Below the pieces are notes generated by a model. It did not search any database, was not told where the DNA came from, and saw nothing but the letters and a program-made list of their open reading frames with translations. Made by a program: the position numbers and the translations under genes. From Gammaproteobacteria bacterium (lineage in GTDB: Bacteria > Pseudomonadota > Gammaproteobacteria > Steroidobacterales > Rariloculaceae), in contig JAQWRR010000018.1 of the NCBI GenBank assembly GCA_029243585.1, positions 2,059 through 66,058 of the forward strand: a stretch of 64,000 nt of DNA, in the 5' to 3' direction. Positions 27,513 through 35,830 of the stretch are shown one piece after another. Position 1 is the stretch's first letter. Every line of letters starts with the position of its first letter.

Positions 27513-28570
27513 ATGAAACACTACCCGTAATTTTATTGGGCGGCTCAGGATATGTTGCGGGCGAACTTCTGCGACTGATTGCTTTGCACCCCCGACTTGA
27601 ATTGGCACATGTAATCTCCAGTAGCCGACAGGATGAGCCTATTGCAGACGCCTTCGGACACCTAGCTGCCATTTATCCAACAAAAAAATTTACCTCAATA
27701 AAACAGTGCACCGAAAGGCTAGAAGAATTTCCTCATTGGATAACTATTTCAGCCGCTCCCCATGGAGCATCAGCTGGCTTGATAGATCAATTTCTGCAAA
27801 ACGCGGAAAAAACCAAAGTACGCATGACTGTAATTGACGCGTCTGCAGACTTCCGGCACCCATCTTCAGAACGTTTTATGGAGATTTATGGACAAGCGCA
27901 TACAGCTCCCCACCGACTCGATTCTTTCAGCTGCGCAGTACCAGAACACTTGGAGGTTCTTAATACGCCCCATGCTGTTCAGCCTGGCTGTTTTGCCACA
28001 TCAATGCTTTTAGCCATTGTTCCACTGATTAAGTTGGGGCTCGTTGAACCAGAGTTTTTTGTCAGCGCAATAACAGGCAGTACAGGAGCGGGACGTGTTC
28101 CAAGGGATACAACACACCACCCAATGCGCCAAAGTAATTTATTTGCCTACCAGCCTCTACAACACCGACATGACCCTGAGGTCTGTGACATTGTGCATGC
28201 TTGCACCGGGAGTGATATTAAATTGCACTTCGTTCCCCAGTCTGGTCCCTTTTCGCGCGGAATACACGCGACGGTCTTTGCGCCATGTGCTGGAAAATCT
28301 GACCAAGAATTGATTGCTACACAACTAGCAGAATTTTATCAAAACTCTGACTTCGTAAACATTGTGTCTATGCCCCCCAAACTCAAAGATATTGTAGGCA
28401 CTAATAATGCCGCCCTAAGCATCAATGTCGATAAAGGTGCGGTAGCTGTCTGCTGCGTAATTGATAATCTTGTTAAAGGGGCAGCCGGTGGTGCAATTCA
28501 GTGGGTAAACCGACTAGCTGGCTGGCCAGACTCTGAGGGTCTTATTATTGCTCCGGCAGGATGGGTGTGA
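27509..28570 (+). CDS. argC: N-acyl-gamma-glutamyl-phosphate reductase
   Basis: N-terminal GGSGYVAGELLRL Rossmann motif, catalytic Cys in QPGCFATS, and operon context. Confidence 0.9.
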   Translation: MNETLPVILLGGSGYVAGELLRLIALHPRLELAHVISSSRQDEPIADAFGHLAAIYPTKKFTSIKQCTERLEEFPHWITISAAPHGASAGLIDQFLQNAEKTKVRMTVIDASADFRHPSSERFMEIYGQAHTAPHRLDSFSCAVPEHLEVLNTPHAVQPGCFATSMLLAIVPLIKLGLVEPEFFVSAITGSTGAGRVPRDTTHHPMRQSNLFAYQPLQHRHDPEVCDIVHACTGSDIKLHFVPQSGPFSRGIHATVFAPCAGKSDQELIATQLAEFYQNSDFVNIVSMPPKLKDIVGTNNAALSINVDKGAVAVCCVIDNLVKGAAGGAIQWVNRLAGWPDSEGLIIAPAGWV

Positions 28571-29730
28571 TGATAACTCCACAAACAGCCAATCTGACCG
28601 AGGTTTACCCTCTAGTGCCCTTCCAACCGATAACCGGTCAGGGCGTTTTTCTCCGAGATGCCCAAGGGCGTGAAGTATTGGACCTCTACGGAGGTCATGC
28701 TGTTGCATCCTTGGGTTACGGTCACCCACGCCTTACATCAGCAATCAAAAAACAAGCAGAAAAACTTTTATTTCAAAGTAACCTTGTTGCAATGAATATC
28801 CGCGACGAGGCTGCAGAAAAGCTCGCTGATTTTGCACCTGATGACCTATCACGGGTTTTTTTCGTCAATAGCGGCTCAGAAGCGAATGAGAACGCTTTAA
28901 GGATCGCACTCCAGTCTACTGGACGTTCCAAAATCATAGCAGTGGAACATGCGTTTCACGGACGCACAGGTGCGGCAGCAGCAGTTACATGGGGTGCTAA
29001 AACAAGCTGGTATGGTTTTCCACATACCCCTTTCGATGTCACATTCGTACCGCGGAATGATGTAGCAGCACTGCGTGAGGCAGTTGACAATAATACTGCG
29101 GGAATAATCATCGAACCGGTACAAGGAGTTGCAGGCGCCTTTGATTTCTCCAAAGAATTTTTAGTCGCAGCACGTGAATCATGCGATCAACATAGCGCTA
29201 TGCTAATTCTAGACGAAGTTCAGACTGGTGTGGGCCGTTTAGGTACACCATTTGGGGCAGATCTTTTTGGGGTAACACCTGATTTACTAACCACCGCTAA
29301 AGCATTAGGTGGCGGTGTCCCTTGTGCAGCAATACTTATGACTGATAGCTTAGCTAAAGACCTTGGGCCTGGGGCCTTGGGCTCAACATTTGGCGGAGCG
29401 CCACTTGCCTGCGCAGCAATTAAAACTGTGCTTGAAATAATTGAGGAGGAAAATCTTTTAGCTAATATTAAAAAAATAGGGGATTTAATCCGTAACAAAT
29501 GTGTTTTCGGACCAATCCAAGAAGTACAGGGTGCTGGCTTCTTAATTGGTCTAAAAACCAAACCACGAGCAGCCCATGTTAGGGATGCCTTACTTCGCTG
29601 CGGAATCCTTACAGGAACAAGTTCAGACCCACATGTATTGCGCTTGTTGCCTCCATTTATTCTCGAAGAGCAGCACGTAAACCTGCTCTTGCAAGCTCTA
29701 GAGGAGTTTAAAAGTGAAACGCTTCAATGA
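28561..29730 (+). CDS. argD: Acetyl-/succinyl-ornithine aminotransferase (class III PLP)
   Basis: GSEANE, DEVQTG, and the TTAKALGGG PLP-lysine region. Overlaps both argC and argF'. Confidence 0.9.
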   Translation: MGVMITPQTANLTEVYPLVPFQPITGQGVFLRDAQGREVLDLYGGHAVASLGYGHPRLTSAIKKQAEKLLFQSNLVAMNIRDEAAEKLADFAPDDLSRVFFVNSGSEANENALRIALQSTGRSKIIAVEHAFHGRTGAAAAVTWGAKTSWYGFPHTPFDVTFVPRNDVAALREAVDNNTAGIIIEPVQGVAGAFDFSKEFLVAARESCDQHSAMLILDEVQTGVGRLGTPFGADLFGVTPDLLTTAKALGGGVPCAAILMTDSLAKDLGPGALGSTFGGAPLACAAIKTVLEIIEEENLLANIKKIGDLIRNKCVFGPIQEVQGAGFLIGLKTKPRAAHVRDALLRCGILTGTSSDPHVLRLLPPFILEEQHVNLLLQALEEFKSETLQ

Positions 29731-30715
29731 TCTAACTGACTTTTCCACGCAGGAAATCAAATCTCTACTCAAACTAGCTAGCCGACTTGAGCAAAAACCA
29801 GAGCCTCGTGCCTTAGAAGGAAAGGTTCTCTCCTTGCTTTTTTTGAGCCCTTCCTTGCGAACACTGGCGTCATTTCAGGCGGCCATGTCTAAACTTGGGG
29901 GTAGCTCATTTGTCATTTCACCTGATATGTCTATCCATGGTCTGGAAACACGGCCAGGTATTGTCATGGACGGTGAGGCAGCAGAACATATTCGCGAAGC
30001 AGTACCGGTTATAGCCTCCTATGGTGATGCCATTGGAATCAGAGCATTTGCCGAACGCAAAAACCTTGAGCAGGATCTAGCCGATCGGGAGTTTGAGAGT
30101 CTCGCTTCACTAGCAAATGTTCCACTAATCAACATGGAATCTGCTATTCAACACCCGTGTCAAAGCCTAGCTGACTGGAAAACCATGGATGATTTGAAAA
30201 TACCTAGCAATGGCGGACGCTTCGTTCTTTCTTGGGCATATCACCCAAAGGCTTTACCGTTAGCTGTGCCATCTTCAACAGTCCGAATGGCTGCTCAACG
30301 CGGCATGGATGTTGTTGTGCTTCGTCCTCCTGGCTTTGAACTACCATCGAAAATTATGCAGGATGCCAAAAGGCTTGCTACTGAAAATGGCGGTAACGTT
30401 TCAGAAACTGATAATCGTCACGAGGCCATGGAAGGCGCAAACGTGATCTATGCGAAGTCATGGTCATCAACCTCTCATTATGGCGATCGATTAGGGGATC
30501 AGGCACTGCGAGAAAATCTTTTAGATTGGTGTGTTGATGAACCTTGGTTTGACAACTCTCGAGAAGATTGCCGCTTTATGCATTGCCTTCCTGTTCGCCG
30601 AGGCGTAGTCGTAGCTGATCGGATACTAGATGGACCTCGCAGTGTAGTGATTCAAGAGGCAAATAATCGCATGAAGGCACAGATGGCTGTACTTCACCGG
30701 ATGCTAAAAGGTTAA
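29714..30715 (+). CDS. argF': N-acyl-L-ornithine carbamoyltransferase (ArgF' type, acetyl- or succinyl-ornithine specific)
   Basis: Transcarbamylase motifs SLRT, HPCQ and HCLP are present, but there is no DxxxSMG ornithine loop. It has YAKSWS instead and is collinear with remembered Xanthomonas acetylornithine transcarbamylase. GTG start. Confidence 0.8.
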   Translation: MKRFNDLTDFSTQEIKSLLKLASRLEQKPEPRALEGKVLSLLFLSPSLRTLASFQAAMSKLGGSSFVISPDMSIHGLETRPGIVMDGEAAEHIREAVPVIASYGDAIGIRAFAERKNLEQDLADREFESLASLANVPLINMESAIQHPCQSLADWKTMDDLKIPSNGGRFVLSWAYHPKALPLAVPSSTVRMAAQRGMDVVVLRPPGFELPSKIMQDAKRLATENGGNVSETDNRHEAMEGANVIYAKSWSSTSHYGDRLGDQALRENLLDWCVDEPWFDNSREDCRFMHCLPVRRGVVVADRILDGPRSVVIQEANNRMKAQMAVLHRMLKG

Positions 30716-30721
30716 CTAAAT

Positions 30722-31651
30722 ATGCCACGATTAAGTCAAAACGAAAGGGCTATTGCTGTGAATTCTCTGAAACGTGCTACACCGTATATACGAATGTTTA
30801 AGCGTAAGGTTTTTGTCCTCAAAGCAGGTGGTGATGCCTTCGCAACGATAGAGGGAACGCGCGCCATAATGGAACAGGTGGGAATTCTCCATGATGTGGG
30901 AATACGCGTCATCGTAGTACATGGCGGAGGGCCTCAATCCACTGAGCTATCCAAAGCACTAGGCGTATCGGCCGAGTTTATTGATGGCCGCCGGGTGACT
31001 GACAAAAATGCTCTCGAAGTTGCAATGATGGTTCTAAATGGACAAATCAATACACGACTTCTAGCCGCATGCCGTGATCTTGATATACCTGCTGTTGGTA
31101 TCAGTGGTGTAGATGCTGGCCTCATCAAGGCCCACAAACGACCACCAGTTCTTAGTGATACAGGTGGAACCGTAGACTATGGGTTCGTTGGCGATATCGA
31201 TGAAGTCGACCCTAGCATTCTACTAAAGCAGTTAGATAACGATCTCATTCCAATAATTAGCCCTCTATCGGCTGACGAATCAGGTACATTGTTGAATATC
31301 AATGCAGATACTGTAGCTGCAGCTGTGGCTGTGGCTCTCGAAGCAGAAAAACTGATACTGGCTACTGGAGCTCCTGGGATTTTGGAATCAATAAATGATC
31401 TCCGCTCCGTGATCTCATATCTGGACATAGCGGGCCTAGAAAAATTACGTAGCGAAGGGTGCCTCTCCGATGGAATGCTACCCAAGGCTGCTGCAATTGA
31501 AAGTGCTCTTGCCGGAGGAGTTCCACGTGTCCATGTGATTTCATATGATCTTCCAGACAGCCTTCTGCTTGAAGTTTTCACAAATGAAGGCATGGGAACT
31601 CTCGTTGTTAATGACATCCAGAATCTCACGCCTGCTGAACAACAGGGGTAG
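30722..31651 (+). CDS. argB: N-acylglutamate kinase
   Basis: VLKAGGDA, VVHGGGPQ and INADT motifs of the amino-acid kinase family. At 309 aa there is no fused synthase domain. Confidence 0.92.
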   Translation: MPRLSQNERAIAVNSLKRATPYIRMFKRKVFVLKAGGDAFATIEGTRAIMEQVGILHDVGIRVIVVHGGGPQSTELSKALGVSAEFIDGRRVTDKNALEVAMMVLNGQINTRLLAACRDLDIPAVGISGVDAGLIKAHKRPPVLSDTGGTVDYGFVGDIDEVDPSILLKQLDNDLIPIISPLSADESGTLLNINADTVAAAVAVALEAEKLILATGAPGILESINDLRSVISYLDIAGLEKLRSEGCLSDGMLPKAAAIESALAGGVPRVHVISYDLPDSLLLEVFTNEGMGTLVVNDIQNLTPAEQQG

Positions 31652-31657
31652 AGCTCG

Positions 31658-32848
31658 ATGGCACGATTATGGGATAAGGGTAAGCCGCTGGATGAACGAA
31701 TACTTAAATTCACTGTCGGGGAAGATCATAAGCTCGATGAGCGATTACTTAAATATGACGTACTTGCTTCCATCGCCCACACTCAAATGCTCGAGGAGCA
31801 AGGATTACTAACGTCTTTAGACTCTAAAGCAATCTGTGGTGGTTTAAAAAAACTACATAAACAGCATTCTCAGGGCCAATGGTCCATAAGCTTAGAAGAG
31901 GAAGATGTTCATGGGGCATTAGAAGCACGTCTCATAGAGCTCATTGGCCCAGCTGGCGGAAGAATGCACTTGGGACGTTCCAGGAATGATCAGGTGCTCG
32001 TAGCACTGCGACTATATCTGAAAGATGCAACTAACACTCTTCAGTTAGGAGCAGAAGCCGTATCAGATGCTTTAGAGGCTCTGGCCAAACGTCAGGGAGA
32101 TATTCCTCTACCTGGTTATACACATATGCAACCAGCCATGCCCAGTTCTGTCGGCCTCTGGGCTAAAGGCTTCTCAGCAGAGATTCGTGATGATGCCCGA
32201 GGCCTAAACGTTGCAAAATCACGAGCCGACTTTAACCCACTGGGCTCAGCGGCAGGATATGGCACACCAGGAATCAATATCAATCGCGAATCAACGACGA
32301 AACAATTGGGTTTTTCATCTGCTCATGAACCTGTAACTGCGGTCCAACTTAGCAGGGGCAAAGCTGAGGCTACTCTTACATTTGAAATAGCGCTGTTGCT
32401 TGGAGACCTTAGTCGTCTCGCGTCAGACCTATTACTGTTTTATACAAGCGAGTTTGCATTCGTAAGCCTCCCACATGAAATGACTACTGGCTCTTCGATA
32501 ATGCCGCAAAAACGTAATCCAGATGTGCTTGAACTAGTCCGTAGTACGCAGGCTGTTGCAACAGGTGCCTTGACTGAGATTCTAAGCATTACAACAAAAC
32601 TCAATTCTGGATATCAACGTGACTTACAGCGAGTTAAAGCTCCCTTATTCCGAGTCATTGACCTTGCAAATGACGCATTAGGAATCATGGAATACACACT
32701 CGAAGGAATCACCTTCAAACCAGAGAATATACATCTGGATTCTGAACTTAATGCAGCAGAACAGGCAAATCGATTGGCTATAGAAGAGGGTATTCCCTTC
32801 CGAGAGGCTTACCAAAAAATTGCTAGCTTACTTGATAAAATTGACTAA
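31658..32848 (+). CDS. argH: Argininosuccinate lyase (short form)
   Basis: Fumarase/aspartase superfamily signature GSSIMPQKRNPD. The N-terminus is of the Bacteroidetes/Xanthomonas kind (LWDKG...FTVGEDHKLD). It ends shortly after GIPFREAY, so it lacks the usual C-terminal extension. Confidence 0.88.
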   Translation: MARLWDKGKPLDERILKFTVGEDHKLDERLLKYDVLASIAHTQMLEEQGLLTSLDSKAICGGLKKLHKQHSQGQWSISLEEEDVHGALEARLIELIGPAGGRMHLGRSRNDQVLVALRLYLKDATNTLQLGAEAVSDALEALAKRQGDIPLPGYTHMQPAMPSSVGLWAKGFSAEIRDDARGLNVAKSRADFNPLGSAAGYGTPGININRESTTKQLGFSSAHEPVTAVQLSRGKAEATLTFEIALLLGDLSRLASDLLLFYTSEFAFVSLPHEMTTGSSIMPQKRNPDVLELVRSTQAVATGALTEILSITTKLNSGYQRDLQRVKAPLFRVIDLANDALGIMEYTLEGITFKPENIHLDSELNAAEQANRLAIEEGIPFREAYQKIASLLDKID

Positions 32849-32882
32849 TAGCTTTGCACTGCTTGCATAAAAAATAACTCTA

Positions 32883-33074
32883 ATGCAATTCAATAATAAA
32901 ATTTACTTGGTTATTTGTTTGTTTTGTCTAATGCTTAATGGATGCGGACAAAAAGGGCCTCTGACTCTTAATTCTATATATATAGAACAGGAAGAACAGG
33001 AAGAACAGGAAGAACAGGAAGAACAGGAAGAACAGGAAGAACTTACGGAAAATGCTTCTAATAGCAATCCTTAA
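32883..33074 (+). CDS. Small lipoprotein of the LptM/YifL type with an (EEQ)n repeat tail
   Basis: Lipobox LNGC followed by GQKGPL, the hallmark CGQKGPL of YifL/LptM-like lipoproteins. The remainder is an acidic low-complexity repeat. Confidence 0.6.
   Translation: MQFNNKIYLVICLFCLMLNGCGQKGPLTLNSIYIEQEEQEEQEEQEEQEEQEELTENASNSNP
32985..33042 (+). repeat. In-frame 9-bp tandem repeat (GAAGAACAG)n, about 6 copies
   Basis: Read directly from the sequence: GAACAG, then five perfect GAAGAACAG units (32991-33035), then the partial unit GAAGAAC. It encodes EQ(EEQ)5EE inside the small lipoprotein gene. Confidence 0.95.
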
Positions 33075-33098
33075 AGACATGGGGCTAAAGACGGTTCA

Positions 33099-35813
33099 GT
33101 GAAAGACTCTCCAAAATCATCAAAAAAGTCTACCGATAAGCCATTCGTTTTAGTCGATGGATCCTCTTACCTTTTTCGTGCTTATCACGCACTCCCTGAA
33201 TTTATCTCTAGCAAAGGTGAGCCAACAGGTGCGATTCTCGGGGTTCTGAACATGCTCTATAAGTTGCTAGATGATTTTAACCCGCAACGTATTGCCATAA
33301 TCTTTGATGCACCTGGGAAAACTTTTAGAAACGATTTATATGATGAATATAAAGCTAATCGCCCTCCCATGCCGGAAGATCTGCGACCACAGATTGAACC
33401 TCTTTTGGAAGCTATTGAAGCCATGGGCTTACCAGTATTAAGAATTGGAGGTGTAGAAGCAGACGATGTAATCGGAACTCTTGCTAGCCAAGCAAGTAAA
33501 TTAGAAATTTCTACTATCGTTTCAACATCGGACAAAGATATGGCTCAATTGGTTGATAAGAACATCATGCTTATCAACACTATGAGCGACACAAAAATGG
33601 ATGCTGATGGAGTATATGAAAAATTTGGTGTTAGACCAGACCAAATTGTGGACTATCTAACGCTAGTGGGAGATACCTCGGATAACATTCCTGGCGTTCC
33701 AGGTGTTGGTCCAAAAACTGCTGCTAAATGGTTGAAAGAATATGACGATCTTGCAACTCTGGTATCTCATGCAGATGAAGTAGGTGGAAAAGTTGGTGAA
33801 AGACTACGTGAAACCATTAGCGCTTTGCCGTTATACAAAAAGTTAGTAACAATTGTTCGTGATGTGGAGTTATCTGTCGAAATTAAAGACCTAACACTCC
33901 ATAAACCGAACAAAGAAAAACTCTATTCACTATTTGAACGCTTAGAACTGAGGGCACTTTTAAGAAAGTTAGGAGCCGAACCTGTTGACATAGAAGATCA
34001 TTCAAAAATAATTACGTATGAAACAATCTATACAGATACGCAACTTGATGAGTGGCTTTCAAAAATAAAAAATGCTGATTTAACAGCTATCGATACAGAG
34101 ACAACCAGTCTTAATTACATGCAAGCTGAAATAGTGGGGCTCTCATTAGCTATAGAGGCTGGTAAAGGTGCTTATATTCCATTAGCTCATCGTTATGCAG
34201 GAGCTCCTGAACAGCTAGATAGAGACAAGGTACTAAAAATCCTGAAACCATGGTTAGAAAGTCCAGCAAAAAAAGTTGGGCACCATCTCAAATACGACGC
34301 GCATATATTCTTTAATTATGGAATTTTCCTGAAAGGGATCACTTACGACTCGATGCTAGAATCATTCGTACTTAATTCCACAGCAACACGCCACGATATG
34401 GGATCAGTAGCGTCAAAATATCTAAAGAAAAAAACCACAAAATATGAAGAAGTAGCAGGAAAAGGCGCTAAACAAATTTGCTTTGACCAAGTCGATATTG
34501 AGACTGCAGCGCATTATGCCGCAGAGGATGCGGACATTACCTTTCAAATTCACGAGAACCTATGGCCAAAGCTCAACGCAATCCCTGAGCTCAAAAAACT
34601 CTATACAGAGATTGAGCAGCCATTAGTTAATGTTCTACAGAAAATGGAGTACACGGGGGTTTTAATAGATGTAAAAATACTACGCCACCAGAGCCAGCGA
34701 TTAGCTGAGACGATCTCTGAAACAGTAGCTGCTGCACATACTGAAGCTGAAGGGCCTTTCAACTTAGATTCTCCAAAACAATTACAGGAAATTCTCTATG
34801 AACGCCTAAAACTGCCGGTGCTTGGCAAAACTCCAAAAGGACAACCGTCAACAGCAGAAAGTATCCTTCAGGAACTCTCCGGTGAATACACACTGCCAAA
34901 CCTTATTTTAAAGTACAGAGGTTTATCTAAACTTAAATCTACCTATACAGATAAACTTCCACTTGAAGTAAACTCGAAGACAGGTCGTATTCACACCTCC
35001 TACCATCAAGCAGTAGCAGCCACAGGAAGGTTATCCTCCTCAAATCCTAATCTACAGAATATACCTATCCGCACAACGGAGGGTCGAAAAATCCGACAAG
35101 CTTTCATAGCGCCTGTTGGATACAAGCTGCTTGCAGCAGATTACTCCCAGATAGAATTAAGAATAATGGCTCACCTATCTCAAGATGAGGGTCTACTTGG
35201 AGCGTTTGCTAATGATCAAGACATCCATCAAGCAACTGCCGCAGAAGTATTTGGAGTAGATAAGAACAATGTCACAAATACTGAACGCCGATCTGCAAAA
35301 GCAATCAACTTTGGACTAATCTATGGGATGTCAGCATTTGGTCTAGCCAGACAGCTTAGAATTGAACGCTCTGCGGCTCAAGAATATATAGACAGCTATT
35401 TCAAGCGATACCCTGGGGTAAAGGAATATATGGATCAAACTCGCGAGAATGCACGTCAAAATGGATATGTTTCAACCGTCTTTGGACGACGCCTATATCT
35501 ACCAGAAATAAACTCAAAAAATCATCAAAGACGGCAATATGCTGAACGTAGCGCCATCAATGCGCCTATGCAGGGTACTGCAGCAGATATTATTAAACTT
35601 GCCATGCTACAAGTTGATAAATGGCTCCAAAAAAAGGGCCTTGATGCCCGTCTTATCATGCAAGTTCATGATGAACTAATACTTGAGGTTCCAGAAGCAG
35701 ATGCAGAAAAATATGCGCAAGAAATAATTAATATTATGGAAAGCGCGGCAGCGCTAGATGTGAGACTAAAAGTTGAATGTGGAATTGGTGATAACTGGGA
35801 TGAAGCCCATTAA
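33099..35813 (+). CDS. polA: DNA polymerase I
   Basis: 5'-nuclease domain (LVDGSSYLFRAYHA), 3'-5' exonuclease domain (IDTETTSL), and polymerase motifs A (LLAADYSQIELRIMAH), B (RRSAKAINFGLIYG) and C (QVHDEL). GTG start. Confidence 0.97.
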   Translation: MKDSPKSSKKSTDKPFVLVDGSSYLFRAYHALPEFISSKGEPTGAILGVLNMLYKLLDDFNPQRIAIIFDAPGKTFRNDLYDEYKANRPPMPEDLRPQIEPLLEAIEAMGLPVLRIGGVEADDVIGTLASQASKLEISTIVSTSDKDMAQLVDKNIMLINTMSDTKMDADGVYEKFGVRPDQIVDYLTLVGDTSDNIPGVPGVGPKTAAKWLKEYDDLATLVSHADEVGGKVGERLRETISALPLYKKLVTIVRDVELSVEIKDLTLHKPNKEKLYSLFERLELRALLRKLGAEPVDIEDHSKIITYETIYTDTQLDEWLSKIKNADLTAIDTETTSLNYMQAEIVGLSLAIEAGKGAYIPLAHRYAGAPEQLDRDKVLKILKPWLESPAKKVGHHLKYDAHIFFNYGIFLKGITYDSMLESFVLNSTATRHDMGSVASKYLKKKTTKYEEVAGKGAKQICFDQVDIETAAHYAAEDADITFQIHENLWPKLNAIPELKKLYTEIEQPLVNVLQKMEYTGVLIDVKILRHQSQRLAETISETVAAAHTEAEGPFNLDSPKQLQEILYERLKLPVLGKTPKGQPSTAESILQELSGEYTLPNLILKYRGLSKLKSTYTDKLPLEVNSKTGRIHTSYHQAVAATGRLSSSNPNLQNIPIRTTEGRKIRQAFIAPVGYKLLAADYSQIELRIMAHLSQDEGLLGAFANDQDIHQATAAEVFGVDKNNVTNTERRSAKAINFGLIYGMSAFGLARQLRIERSAAQEYIDSYFKRYPGVKEYMDQTRENARQNGYVSTVFGRRLYLPEINSKNHQRRQYAERSAINAPMQGTAADIIKLAMLQVDKWLQKKGLDARLIMQVHDELILEVPEADAEKYAQEIINIMESAAALDVRLKVECGIGDNWDEAH

Positions 35814-35830
35814 AGGAGGCAAAATAAAAC

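Noticed and set aside
31177-31713. 178-aa ORF antisense to argB
   Set aside because: The sense strand encodes an unmistakable acetylglutamate kinase. The antisense translation is Ser/Arg-rich with no recognisable motif.
32985-33042. Whether the short tandem repeat could be a CRISPR or other spacer-repeat array
   Set aside because: The units are 9 bp and directly abutting, with no spacers. They are in frame inside a small lipoprotein gene, and there are no cas genes. It is a coding microsatellite-like repeat.
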